Shown here piece by piece: positions 51,076-60,913 of a DNA stretch of 64,000 bases. The notes beneath the pieces were generated by a model. The model was not told the DNA's origin, searched no databases, and saw only the letters and a program-made list of their open reading frames with translations. Made by a program: the position numbers and the translations under genes. The stretch spans positions 3,411,340-3,475,339 of the forward strand of contig OZ253474.1 of the NCBI GenBank assembly GCA_965261695.1, in the 5' to 3' direction. Within the stretch, counting starts at the first letter, position 1. Each line of letters starts with the position of its first letter. Source of the DNA: Caldilineaceae bacterium (lineage in GTDB: Bacteria > Chloroflexota > Anaerolineae > Caldilineales > Caldilineaceae).

Positions 51076-51696
51076 CTAACGCGGCCGGATGCGCTCCAGC
51101 AGCGCGTCCAACTCCTGCTGACTGGCGATCGGCCCGACAACGGTTTCAACGATCCTGCCTTCGGGGCTGACGAAGAAGGTCTCCGGCACACCCTGGATGC
51201 GATAGCGGCGGGCTGCCTGGCTGCGCAGGTCCGGGCCATTGGGATAGGTGATATCGAACTCGTTCAGATAGGCGAGCGCGGCCGGCTCCTGGTCCAGATA
51301 GTCCAGCCCGAGGAAGATGATGCCGCCACCCTTCTCGCGGCGCCAGGTCTGCTCCAGCAGATCTGCCTCCTCGCGGCAGGGCGTACACCAACTGGCCCAG
51401 AAATTGATGACGACGCCCTTGCCGCGCAGATCGTGCAGGTCGATCATTTCGCCGTCAAAAGTCGTGAAGTTCAGTTCCGGCGCTTCGCCTGCGGCCCTTT
51501 GCCCCTGCACATTTGTTTGCCACAGCCGCACGGCCAGCAGAGCGATAAACGCCAAGCCAATGCAAAGGAACAGAATGCGCCAAGCGGTGACAGCGCGGGC
51601 GGATGGCGGTTCGGTTTGCGATTGTGGTTGCGATTTCGGCGGGGCATCCCGATCATATCGATCGGTCAGTTCAGTCATAGCGGGCCAGTTCCTCAT
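51076..51696 (-). CDS. TlpA/ResA/CcmG-type membrane-anchored thiol:disulfide oxidoreductase
   Basis: N-terminal TM, thioredoxin fold with WASWCTPC active site. Adjacent to a CcmH-like gene. Alternative start at 51678. Confidence 0.8.
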   Translation of the reverse strand: MRNWPAMTELTDRYDRDAPPKSQPQSQTEPPSARAVTAWRILFLCIGLAFIALLAVRLWQTNVQGQRAAGEAPELNFTTFDGEMIDLHDLRGKGVVINFWASWCTPCREEADLLEQTWRREKGGGIIFLGLDYLDQEPAALAYLNEFDITYPNGPDLRSQAARRYRIQGVPETFFVSPEGRIVETVVGPIASQQELDALLERIRPR

Positions 51697-52255
51697 CCAG
51701 CCGGCGCTCGTGCTCGTCGATCTCAGCGCCGGCTATTCCGGCCGGTGTCGGTCGCAGCGGACGCGACATCTGCTGCAGGCGCAACCAGAGGAAGACACCA
51801 CCGCCCACAACCGCCGCCACCGGCAAAATCCATGCCAGCCAGTTGAACCCCTGCCGGGGCGGTTCGCCCAGGACCTGCGGCCCGTACTGGTCCAGAAAAT
51901 AGTTTCTGATCGACTGCGCGTCCTCACCTTCCGCCAGTTTGATGGCGATAACCTCCTTCATCTGCGCGCACGCCTTCAGTTCACAGCTGTCCAACCGCAG
52001 CCTGCCGCCGCACAGGGGACACCAGAGGTGCCGGGCAACGGTGTTCACCTCGTCGGCTGAAATGTCAGGGGTTTCTTCTTGTGCCAACAGGGGCGGGCTG
52101 TAGTGGACAAATGTGAGCAATGTCCACGAGGCCAGGAGGATGATGCGCACCGTGGTTGCGAGCGCAGCCTGGTCGCCCCTCCACCGTTGTGCTGGGTTGT
52201 CGGGTGTGCGTAAGGGCAAATCGCTATGTGAGCGCGGGTTGAGGTGAGAAGCCAT
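51671..52255 (-). CDS. cytochrome c-type biogenesis protein CcmH/NrfF-like
   Basis: Signal or TM segment, then the CPLC heme-handling motif (LWCPLCGG ... [14 protein letters not shown]) and a C-terminal TM. Co-oriented and overlapping with the TlpA-like gene. Confidence 0.6.
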   Translation of the reverse strand: MASHLNPRSHSDLPLRTPDNPAQRWRGDQAALATTVRIILLASWTLLTFVHYSPPLLAQEETPDISADEVNTVARHLWCPLCGGRLRLDSCELKACAQMKEVIAIKLAEGEDAQSIRNYFLDQYGPQVLGEPPRQGFNWLAWILPVAAVVGGGVFLWLRLQQMSRPLRPTPAGIAGAEIDEHERRLDEELARYD

Positions 52256-52282
52256 GCGTGTGCTGTGCAGAACGAGGCGCGG

Positions 52283-52996
52283 CTATGCGGCAGGCTGTTC
52301 GGCCACCTTCACGAAAAGGCGTTTTGCCAGCGAGCGGCCGATAATTTTCACGAGACTTTGCGGGTCGGTCTGCGGGGAATCGTCCTGTATCTGCACAATG
52401 CTCGGGCCGTCAAAGGGTTCAACGTTCAGCACCTTGATCTGATAACCGGGTACCAGATTCAGTTGCGACAGATAGCGCAGTATCGGCGCGTTGTGGTGTG
52501 CCACGCGGCGCAGTTCACCCGATTGTCCGGGATGCAACTCGGCCAGGCAAACCAGTTCCTCGCTCTCGACCCGACCATTCTGGCTGGGCACCGGATCGCC
52601 ATGCGGGCAGTGGGTGGGGAAGTTGCAGAGGCTCTCCATGCGCTTTTCGAATTCGGCGCTGATGGCGTGCTCCAGCCGCATGGCCTCCGCCTTCACCTGA
52701 TCCCAGGTAAAGCTCATCACCTCGATCAGAAACACCTCTAGCAGCCGGTGTCTGCGCAGCAGTTGCAACGCGGCGAGACGGCCCTGATCGGTCAGCCGGA
52801 TGCCGGCCCGCACAGAGCGCACCACGTGGCCGGTCTCCGTCAGGCGTTTGGTCATGCTGCTGGCCGCGGCCGGCGACACATCCATCTTCTTCGCCAACAC
52901 GGAAGTGGAAATCCTGTCGTAGTCTTCACTCAACTCGTAGATCGCCACCAGGTAGTCAAGCATCCCATCGGTGATGATGTTGCAAAAAGTACGCAT
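52283..52996 (-). CDS. DtxR/MntR/IdeR-family metal-dependent transcriptional regulator with C-terminal FeoA/SH3-like domain
   Basis: wHTH LDYLVAIYEL...ISTSVLAKKMDVSPAAASSMTKRL, dimerisation/metal-site helix RRHRLLEVFL, ...CPHGDP, and an FeoA-like C-terminus. Confidence 0.88.
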   Translation of the reverse strand: MRTFCNIITDGMLDYLVAIYELSEDYDRISTSVLAKKMDVSPAAASSMTKRLTETGHVVRSVRAGIRLTDQGRLAALQLLRRHRLLEVFLIEVMSFTWDQVKAEAMRLEHAISAEFEKRMESLCNFPTHCPHGDPVPSQNGRVESEELVCLAELHPGQSGELRRVAHHNAPILRYLSQLNLVPGYQIKVLNVEPFDGPSIVQIQDDSPQTDPQSLVKIIGRSLAKRLFVKVAEQPAA

Positions 52997-53050
52997 GATC
53001 GCTCTCGTTCAACCGCTGGGACGTGCGCGGACTTTTCAGGTAATTGTAGA

Positions 53051-53079
53051 ATTATAGTTTGTCGGCTGTAAGCTGTCAA
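53051..53079 (-). promoter_or_regulatory. consensus sigma70 promoter for the DtxR-family regulator
   Basis: On the minus strand: TTGACA (53079-53074), 17-nt spacer, TATAAT (53056-53051), 54 nt upstream of ATG 52996. The inverted repeat TAATT-N4-AATTA overlaps the -10 and start region. Confidence 0.6.
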
Positions 53080-53094
53080 TACTTGGAAATGAAC

Positions 53095-54312
53095 GGGTGC
53101 ATCCCAAATTTTTGGGGAACGTGCCCCTGCGATCGCGGACCTCTCGCCCGCAGCCGGTTTCGGCTTGCGCGCCTGTTGAAGAACTGCTCCAATGGGTGAC
53201 AGATGCAGGTTGCCTGTCGCCAGAATCGAACCGCAGCTCGCCTGATTCTCGTCAACGAAGACGCCGCCTGAGCCGCTGCCGTCAACTGTCTCCAGCATAC
53301 TGACTGCCTGAACCATAGTTCAGACAACTGCTGCGAGTCCTGCCCTTCAAAGCAACTTAGAAACGCTCCCTCATTCCGAGATGCCCCTGGAATTCCCAGC
53401 AACTGCAAACGCCCCGCTTTTGTAGTACACTTGTGCGCAAGACGAACGAGCGCAGCCGCGGCCATGCCGCAACTGCATACCGATTTCAAATGAATACCAT
53501 GCCATTTTGCCCATCCTGCCCCCGGCGCGGGGGAGCCACGCGCAGCAAACTGCTGCCCTCCCTGCCCAGCCGCTGCCGCAACAACCCGTTGCCCGCCATT
53601 CCCGAAAAAGCCATTTTGGGACGAAGAATGACGAAGAATGACGAGAAATGACGAAAAATGACGAAAGAACACGCCCAAACGTGCCCGAACGTGTCCGAAC
53701 AAAAAAAAAATTGGCGCGACTAAACGCGACCAAACGCGACTAAACGCAACTAAACGCGACCTGGCGCGCTCGAACACGCTCGCAAACGCTCGTAACTGCA
53801 GGCAAACGCTCGTAACTGCAGGCAAACGCTCGTAACTGCAGGCAAACGCTCGTAAACGCTCGTAACTGCCTACATGGCACAGCTGACCTGCGCGCCCCGC
53901 ACGTCGCCTGCAAGCGGCCCGTAAGCCCGGGCGCAGCCGAAATTCCGCCCCCCATTCTTGGCTTCACCCGCGCGAGGCGCCGATACTGGAACTTCAACAG
54001 TGTCTCAACGAACGCCAATCTGTGCGTTTTGTGCGTTTTCAGTACTCAGAGTGATTGCGATGCTGTAAATCGTGGTGCGCGGGCGGAAAAAACGCAGCCC
54101 AACTGCTCAGCGCCGACGCGCGCTTCCCTTGCATGGGTGCATCCCAGTTTTTCGTTAAGATGAAAGGGGGTAGACGAGGAGAGGGGAATGAGAAGACCAA
54201 AGGGGATCCCCTGGCGATGCCTGCACTCCGCACGACTCCGCGCAGTCATACCTGGCCTCAACTGCTTCAACCGCTTGGCTTTACTCGACGCACAATAATC
54301 TGGGATGCACCC
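53095..54312. mobile_element. non-autonomous TIR transposable element, copy 2 (1,218 bp)
   Basis: Same 12-bp TIRs (53095-53106 and 54301-54312) and same orientation as copy 1. Its own 8-bp target duplication is AAATGAAC (53087-53094 and 54313-54320). Confidence 0.9.
53620..53870. repeat. 10-bp-phased iteron/A-tract core of element copy 2
   Basis: Same four iteron types as copy 1 around an A10 run (53701-53710). The last array is expanded by 3 copies of the 20-bp unit CAAACGCTCGTAACTGCAGG. A 3-4 nt deletion next to the A-run shifts the register between the two halves. Confidence 0.9.
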
Positions 54313-54626
54313 AAATGAACAAATACGTTGACATATTCACACCCACAGCCAGTGCCTTCCAACGAGCAAGGCACGGAATTACCCTCAGACAGATCGAGAA
54401 TATCTTTCAGGGCGAAACGATGACTTGCTGTCCAGCGTGCATCCCGGATTTGGGGCGCCCCGGTTCAACGGGTTGCGGACACCGGTCTGGATGTCCGGAT
54501 ATGTTCCCCAACTCGCGCCCGCTTTGGACCGCACCCCATGTCCAAAAAAGGGATTGATGATTCCAGGGCTATCTGATACAATTCGCTTGTCCCGGTATAT
54601 GTATTGAGAGTAGAGTTTGAGCTTTG

Positions 54627-54900
54627 TCATCTGTGGTCAGGACAGAGAAGACACGCTGTCATTGTACAGTCCATTCGTGACGCGTTCGAGTTGGATGAGT
54701 TACCTCGTCGTTCAACTGGCGCCAGCTCGTTGAGGCTCTGATTCGGTCGTCTGTGGTTGTCGAAATGGAGGAAGTCGGTCGATAGAGCCTGTGCCCTTTG
54801 TAAGGTGGGCTTTGTTGGAACGGGGAGGAGGTGCAGTTCGACAAAATGAACCGTGTCTTGTCGTTGTATCGCCGAAGTGGTTGCAATCAGGTTGCAGTGC
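54627..54900 (-). pseudogene. possible C-terminal remnant of an rve/DDE-type transposase
   Basis: One minus-strand frame reads ...TKPTLQRAQALSTDFLHFDNHRRPNQSLNELAPVERRG... and stops at 54627-54629. This resembles the ...YN..RPH.SL....P.E tail of integrase-core transposases. No intact catalytic domain lies upstream, because the SBP gene begins at 54942 on the other strand. Confidence 0.4.
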
Positions 54901-54941
54901 GAATTGATGCCAAAACACCATGAGTGCGAAAAGGGGGACGA

Positions 54942-56288
54942 ATGATGGCAAGCAAGAGCTTTTCAAGACGCCAATTTCTGAGAGGGCTTACGGCGACTTC
55001 CGCGGGAGCATTGATCCTCAGCGCCTGTGCTGCTCCCTCAGCCGCGCCTGAGGCGCCGTCCGAGTCGCCTGCACAGCCGGAGACGGTCACCATCAGAACG
55101 TTGTGGTCTCCGGGAGGCATTGACAGCTACATGCGTGCGCTGATCGATCTCTACAAGGAGCAGGAGCCCAACGTAGAGTTCGAGATCAACGTGATTGAGC
55201 AGGAACAAAAGCGAGCCACCGAAGTCACGATTATGTCGAATGAGGGCGCGCCCGACTTCGCCTGGATCAATTTCGGCTCCGGGCTGACCGACAAGTTGGC
55301 CGACGCGGGGGCGATTGAACCGCTGAACGGGTACTACGAACAGTACGGATGGTGGGACTACCTGCCCGATCATCTTCACACGCACGAGTACAATGGCCAG
55401 ATTTACCACTTCTCGGTGGCCTCCGTTACGGTGCCTTTGATGTGGGACAACAAGTCGCTCATGGCGCAGATCGGAATGGATCCGCCAACGACGATGGATG
55501 AGCTCTACGCCTGGGCCGATGCCTGCCATGCCAATGACCTTGAACCGCTGGCGATGGGCGACCGGGATGGTTGGCCAGGTTTCCATATGTACCAGTGCCT
55601 CGCGACCCGTACGGTCCCGCTGGAGGATTATGAGAAGATCCTCCACTTTGACAAAGAAGAGCATTACATGGCCGACTATCCTGGTTTCGAGGAGGCTTTC
55701 CAGGTGATGCGGGATATGGAAACGGAGAGCGTGTGGGCCAGAGGCGTCCTGGACATGAATGATGATCAGGCCAAAGGGCTGCTCTTCAACGGCCAGGCGG
55801 TGGCCTATGAGTCGGGCATTTGGGTCTCCGGCCAGGCGCGGGAGGCGCTGGGAGATGATTCCAGCTTCTTCATGTTCCCACAGATCAATCCCGAGATTCC
55901 CTTCCCCCTGACTGCCTCCTATGCCGACGAGTATATGCTTTCTTCGTTTTCTACGGTGAAGGACGAGGTGGCCGCGTTCTTTGACTTTGTCCTCAGCAAG
56001 GATGGTCAGAAAACTGTCGCCAAAATAGGTGGTGGTATGCCGATTCGCACCGACATCACGGTGGCCGATCTTGAGGGCTACGCCGATGCCACAGTCGGTC
56101 AAGTGACGGAGATGTTCGGCAGCGGCGAATTTCCTGTCACGGATGAAATCGTTACCTTCTGGCCGGCGGAACTATACGCGATGCTGCGCAACAACGTGCA
56201 GGCTGCGATTGGAGGCCAGAAAACACCGGCCGAGATTGTTGCCGAATTCGACGAACTGGCCGCCAAGTTCCGCGCGGGCGAGGCTTAA
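54942..56288 (+). CDS. CUT1-family sugar ABC transporter substrate-binding lipoprotein (Tat signal)
   Basis: ATG 54942 after AAGGGGGA. SRRQFLRGL twin-arginine motif plus lipobox LILSAC. Size and composition are typical of extracellular solute-binding family 1. Confidence 0.85.
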   Translation: MMASKSFSRRQFLRGLTATSAGALILSACAAPSAAPEAPSESPAQPETVTIRTLWSPGGIDSYMRALIDLYKEQEPNVEFEINVIEQEQKRATEVTIMSNEGAPDFAWINFGSGLTDKLADAGAIEPLNGYYEQYGWWDYLPDHLHTHEYNGQIYHFSVASVTVPLMWDNKSLMAQIGMDPPTTMDELYAWADACHANDLEPLAMGDRDGWPGFHMYQCLATRTVPLEDYEKILHFDKEEHYMADYPGFEEAFQVMRDMETESVWARGVLDMNDDQAKGLLFNGQAVAYESGIWVSGQAREALGDDSSFFMFPQINPEIPFPLTASYADEYMLSSFSTVKDEVAAFFDFVLSKDGQKTVAKIGGGMPIRTDITVADLEGYADATVGQVTEMFGSGEFPVTDEIVTFWPAELYAMLRNNVQAAIGGQKTPAEIVAEFDELAAKFRAGEA

Positions 56289-56415
56289 ACGCAGAGGTTC
56301 CTGCGTAGAATTGCGCGTAGCGGACGCTTCAGCGTGTTGAGAAACCCTTTCTTCCACATGCTGGAGCGTCCAAGCCACGATTAGGCGCGCGTTAGTCGAT
56401 GTATAGCGGGGAAAC

Positions 56416-57345
56416 ATGTCAGACAAGGCACTATCAAACGCAGCAACTGATTGGCGGCAGCGGCTGCGACGCGGCTGGCGGCGGAATGGCATTGCTTACT
56501 TCTTCATTCTGCCGGCTTTCACGTTTTTCATTCTTTTCATCGTCTACCCGCTGGTGGACGGGCTGGTGCTGAGTCTGTACAGATGGGACGGTCTTAGCGC
56601 GCGTCAATTCGTTGGTCTCAGCAACTTTGTCGGCCTGCTCGAAGCCCCCAACTTCTATGGCGCCGTCAAAAACACGCTGCAATTCACGGTCGTCACGACT
56701 GTCGCCAAGATCGTCATCGGTTTCCTGTTAGCCACGGCATTGCATTTTGAGATCCCTGGTTGGAAGATATTTCGGGCCGTTTTCTACTTGAATGTGATCT
56801 TGCCTATGACTGCCGTAGGCGTCCTGTGGAGCGCGATCTTGAATCCCCACTCAGGTCCGCTTGCCGCCGGTCTTGGCTTGTTCGACTTAGATTTGCCATC
56901 TTTGCTGGGCAATCCCAAACTGGTCATGTGGGTGCTGAGTCTTATCGATATCTGGAAATACTGCGGTTTTCCGATGATCTTTCTTTATGCCGCCATGGAA
57001 GGCATCCCCCAGGACCTGTACGAGGCGGCGGTGCTGGATGGGGGTTCCAATCTGCAGAAGCTCTGGTATATCACGCTGCCTCTGACAAAGCCGGTACTGC
57101 TTACGATCACGCTGCTGCAGACGATCTTCTCGTTCCAGGTATTCGACATCGTCTTCACGATGACCAAGGGAGGGCCGGGCTACGCGTCTGAAGTGCTCAC
57201 CCATTACCTCTATCAGGAAGGGTTCTGGTTTTTGCGATTTGGCAGCGCTTCAGCGACAGCGGTTCTCTTGCTGCTTGTTATTCTGCTGTTCTCCACGCTG
57301 TACATAGGTCAGGGCGGGCTTCGCCAACGGGAAGTCGAGTTCTAG
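56416..57345 (+). CDS. sugar ABC transporter permease (MalF/UgpA-like)
   Basis: 309 aa, 6 TM. EAA-like loop ...YEAAVLDGGSNLQKLWYITLPL. Confidence 0.88.
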   Translation: MSDKALSNAATDWRQRLRRGWRRNGIAYFFILPAFTFFILFIVYPLVDGLVLSLYRWDGLSARQFVGLSNFVGLLEAPNFYGAVKNTLQFTVVTTVAKIVIGFLLATALHFEIPGWKIFRAVFYLNVILPMTAVGVLWSAILNPHSGPLAAGLGLFDLDLPSLLGNPKLVMWVLSLIDIWKYCGFPMIFLYAAMEGIPQDLYEAAVLDGGSNLQKLWYITLPLTKPVLLTITLLQTIFSFQVFDIVFTMTKGGPGYASEVLTHYLYQEGFWFLRFGSASATAVLLLLVILLFSTLYIGQGGLRQREVEF

Positions 57346-57399
57346 CTGCGGCGATGTGCAGGCAACAAATGAGGTAGAAACCGCAACGGAAGAGGTGAT

Positions 57400-58257
57400 A
57401 TGCAGCGCAAGCGGAGTTGGATCGCCGAACATCCCTGGCAGACGGCCATCATCGTATTGCTTATCTTTTGGGCGGGCAACCAGTTGCTTCCGTTGTTCTG
57501 GATGTTCTCGATGTCGTTGAAGACCGACATGGATGTCATCCGCTACCCGTTGAAGCTCGTGTGGCCGCCGCGTCTGCTGAACTATCCCGAAGCCTGGATC
57601 GGCGATACAACCGGCGTCACGTTGAACCTCTACTTTCTCAACAGTGCAATCATCGTCCCAAGCAGTCTCCTTATCCTGGTTGGCAGCGCAACGCTGGCTG
57701 GCTATGCGTTTGGGCGTTTTGATTTTTATGGCCGGCGCGTGCTGTTCTTGTTCCTTGTGTCGCTGATCGCTGTGCCAATGCACGCTTTGATCGTGCCACT
57801 CTATGCTGAACTGAGGGCCTTTGGGCTGATCAACAACTTTCTCGGCCTGATCTTTCTATACGTGACCTCAACGCTGCCTTTCTCCATCCTGATTCTCCAA
57901 TCCTACTTTACGACCTTTCCTTCCGAGTTGGAAGATGCTGCACTGATTGATGGCTGTACGCGCCTGGGCACGTTCTGGCGCATCGCGCTACCGATTTCCA
58001 AGGGGCCGATTTCCGCGATCGCCATCGTCAACTTTATCGGAATGTGGAATGAGGTGCTATTGGCGATCGTTGTCCTGTGGGAAAATAAGGTGCGGACTGT
58101 TGCGCCCGGCCTGCTGGGCTACATGGCGCAGTACGGGGAGACGCGCTGGGGGTTGATATTCGCCGGCTTGTCTATCGTAACCGTTCCGCTGATCGCCTTT
58201 TATCTGATCTTCCATACGAACATCATGAAGGGCGCAACGCTTGGCTCATACAGGTAG
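57400..58257 (+). CDS. sugar ABC transporter permease (MalG/UgpE-like)
   Basis: 285 aa, 6 TM. EAA loop ...LEDAALIDGCTRLGTFWRIALPI. Confidence 0.88.
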   Translation: MQRKRSWIAEHPWQTAIIVLLIFWAGNQLLPLFWMFSMSLKTDMDVIRYPLKLVWPPRLLNYPEAWIGDTTGVTLNLYFLNSAIIVPSSLLILVGSATLAGYAFGRFDFYGRRVLFLFLVSLIAVPMHALIVPLYAELRAFGLINNFLGLIFLYVTSTLPFSILILQSYFTTFPSELEDAALIDGCTRLGTFWRIALPISKGPISAIAIVNFIGMWNEVLLAIVVLWENKVRTVAPGLLGYMAQYGETRWGLIFAGLSIVTVPLIAFYLIFHTNIMKGATLGSYR

Positions 58258-58307
58258 GCAAGCAGCGACAGGTCAAGCATGGGTACGTCAAGAAGCTTGC
58301 TCTTAAT

Positions 58308-59192
58308 GTGAACGTACATTGTCAAAAAGAAAGACGTAACGTGGCACTTCTCGATCAACAACAAACGCGCACCTACAACGAGCAAGGGTATCTGTTGATT
58401 CCCGGACTCCTGAGTGAGGAAGACCTCGCGCCAGTGCAACGGGTCATTGCCAATACCGTTGACCAGATCGCCCGGAATTTGCATGCCGAGGGGAAAATCG
58501 AAAATTTGTACGAAGATGAACCGTTCTCCCGCCGGCTTGTTGAGGTCCACAGCGGTGTCGAAAGGGAATCAATGAGTTGGAATCGGGAGGTTTTGAGCGA
58601 AGCTGTCTACGATCTGTGCGTGCATCCAGCTGTGTTGGATATAGCCGAATCGTTGCTCGGTTCAACCGAAGTCACTATGAACGGAGACTACTGGGTTCGC
58701 CCTAAATTGCCGGAAGAGCAACTGACCACGCTTCCATGGCATCAGGATAGCGACTATTACGGCGCGCAAACCGAGCCGTTGCACCTCCTCTCGATCTGGT
58801 TGCCGCTTGTGGACGTTGACGAGACGAACGGTTGTATGCAGTTCATACCTGGCAGTCACAAGTGGGGGCTGCTACCTACCATGAGGCAAGGCCATCATCT
58901 GGCGCCGACCGAAGATGTGGAAGCGCGTGGGCGGGTTGAAACGTTGCCGATGGCAGTAGGGGATGCCGTTGCCTTCCGCAACCTCACCTTCCATCGCTCG
59001 CTAATGAATAACAGTGTAGGGGTACGGTGGAGCATCGATCTGCGCTACAGTGTGACAGGAACGCCACTGGACTGGCTGGCTCAGATGGGACTGCACGGAT
59101 TTGTGGCGCGCAGCCAGCAACAGCCTGAAAGTGTAGATTCCTGGGAGACTTGGCGCGCCAGGCGACGGGCATGGGAGCAGGAGCAGAGGTAG
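58308..59192 (+). CDS. PhyH-family Fe(II)/2-oxoglutarate dioxygenase
   Basis: YNEQGYLLIPGLLSEEDL N-terminus, WHQDSDYYG (HxD), FIPGSHKWG, distal ...FHRS. Start uncertain (GTG 58308 or GTG 58341). Confidence 0.8.
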   Translation: MNVHCQKERRNVALLDQQQTRTYNEQGYLLIPGLLSEEDLAPVQRVIANTVDQIARNLHAEGKIENLYEDEPFSRRLVEVHSGVERESMSWNREVLSEAVYDLCVHPAVLDIAESLLGSTEVTMNGDYWVRPKLPEEQLTTLPWHQDSDYYGAQTEPLHLLSIWLPLVDVDETNGCMQFIPGSHKWGLLPTMRQGHHLAPTEDVEARGRVETLPMAVGDAVAFRNLTFHRSLMNNSVGVRWSIDLRYSVTGTPLDWLAQMGLHGFVARSQQQPESVDSWETWRARRRAWEQEQR

Positions 59193-59264
59193 TGAAGCCA
59201 GCCGGCTCTCTCTGTCTGGATTGAACGTGAGTTCGCCCGCAACTAACCCTGGCGCAAGGATCCT

Positions 59265-59930
59265 ATGCAGCGCAGAATCGTCGATCTGAGCTATCCTCTC
59301 GATCAATCAACCCCTCCCTTTCCCGGCGATGCTCCGGTTGAGATCACGGTGCAGATGTCGATTCCCGCCGCCCTTTCGCCCGGCACGCCGGGATACCTGA
59401 ACACCAGCATCGTGCACGCTTCCCTCCACACCGGCACGCACATGGACGCCTTCTTTCATTTCTATAATGACAGGGCGACGATCGACCGGATCGCGCTGGC
59501 GCAGTGCATTGGGCCAGCCCTGTTGCTTGACCTCGCGTACAAGCGGTCCGAAGAGGAGATTACCGAGGATGATCTGGCGCCCTATCGGGAACTGCTCAGC
59601 CGCACGCCGAAGGTGATCCTTAACACCGGCTGGGCGCAAAACTGGGGCAAGGCGCTGTACTTCACCGAGTATCCCGCGTTGACAGGCAACGCTGCCCGCT
59701 TCCTGGTGGACTGCGGCGTCGAACTGGTCGGCGTGGATACCCCGTCGGTTGACTATCCGCCCAACGATGCCCATTTAGTGTTGCTGGGCAATGATGTCCT
59801 GATCGTCGAGAATCTGACCAACCTCGATCAAATCGGCCGGCCACTGTTTGACTTCACCGCCCTGCCCTTGAAAATTACGGGGCGCGACGGCTCGCCGGTG
59901 AGGGCTATCGCGGTCGTCGAGGAGTCGTGA
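59265..59930 (+). CDS. cyclase-family protein (kynurenine formamidase-like metallohydrolase)
   Basis: 221 aa. HTGTHMDAFFH matches the HxGTHxDxPxH motif of the putative cyclase / arylformamidase family. RBS AAGGA. Confidence 0.8.
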   Translation: MQRRIVDLSYPLDQSTPPFPGDAPVEITVQMSIPAALSPGTPGYLNTSIVHASLHTGTHMDAFFHFYNDRATIDRIALAQCIGPALLLDLAYKRSEEEITEDDLAPYRELLSRTPKVILNTGWAQNWGKALYFTEYPALTGNAARFLVDCGVELVGVDTPSVDYPPNDAHLVLLGNDVLIVENLTNLDQIGRPLFDFTALPLKITGRDGSPVRAIAVVEES

Positions 59931-60035
59931 CGCTGCGCGGCGACCGGCGCAGGTTGTGGACTGTGCATGGAAACTTGCTTTTGAACAATGAGGCTGAATC
60001 GCAGCCCGATATAGACAACCAGGAGAGATTCAATC

Positions 60036-60881
60036 ATGTCACAGAAAGAAGCAGAGAATGGGAAAGTGGCCGCAGTCGATGATGGCTGCCCCACGCTGGC
60101 GGAACGCTTTTTCTTCGACAACAACGGCTATCTGATCCTGGAAGAGTTCCTGGACGCAGACCACGTGAATGCCTTGGTCGAGGCGCTCGGGCGCGTGATG
60201 CCGCGTCGGCGCAAATTGCAGGAGCAGGGGGTCCCGCATACCGGCATGACGCAGATTAAGGGTGAGAAGAGCACGCGCATCTTCTATATCCTCGATGAAG
60301 ATCCCTTGTTGCTCGAGATGCTCGACTGGCCCGCCATCTGGCCCTACGTGACTGGCCTGCTCAACGCACGTCCGCATCATCACGCTTCGGACGCGCTCAT
60401 GGAGTACGGCAGCGACCTGATGGGGCAAAGCATGGGATGGCACATCGATGGGCACGACGAAGGGTTTCGCAATTTGGGTCCCCACATACCCCTGTTGCAA
60501 CTCAAGATCGGCTACTACCTCAGCGACATGACGCAGCCCGGGCAGGGCAATCTCTGTATCGTTCCCGGCAGCCATAAGGCGGCGATTGAGCCTGACCAGG
60601 ACGATTTGCGCCGGGGAGAGAAATCTGCGGGGATTGCGGAGATCTGTGCGCCGGCGGGCACCGCCATTCTGTTTCACAACGCCCTCTGGCATTCGAGCGG
60701 CCCGTTCACCAGAGAAGACGGCATGCGCTGTTTGCTCTACTACGCCTACGAACACCCGTGGATGATCGCTTCCCAGGAGCACTGGGGCTTTTCCAAGGGG
60801 TTCTACAACAGCCTCTCCTCGGATCGGCGCAAGCTGTTTCATGGCTTTGTGTTCGATCCACCCGAGCAACGCTGGGGATAG
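60036..60881 (+). CDS. PhyH-family Fe(II)/2-oxoglutarate dioxygenase
   Basis: FDNNGYLILEEFLD N-terminus, WHIDGHD (HxD), IVPGSHK, distal FHNALWHSS. RBS AGGAGAG. Confidence 0.8.
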   Translation: MSQKEAENGKVAAVDDGCPTLAERFFFDNNGYLILEEFLDADHVNALVEALGRVMPRRRKLQEQGVPHTGMTQIKGEKSTRIFYILDEDPLLLEMLDWPAIWPYVTGLLNARPHHHASDALMEYGSDLMGQSMGWHIDGHDEGFRNLGPHIPLLQLKIGYYLSDMTQPGQGNLCIVPGSHKAAIEPDQDDLRRGEKSAGIAEICAPAGTAILFHNALWHSSGPFTREDGMRCLLYYAYEHPWMIASQEHWGFSKGFYNSLSSDRRKLFHGFVFDPPEQRWG

Positions 60882-60913
60882 TGGGCGGGCGGCATCCTCA
60901 TGTTGCTTCGGTG

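Noticed and set aside
54315-54630. ORFs 54315..54557 (+) and 54385..54630 (-) between element copy 2 and the transposase-tail remnant
   Set aside because: They are mutually overlapping on opposite strands, have no motifs, and lie in what looks like degraded mobile-element DNA.
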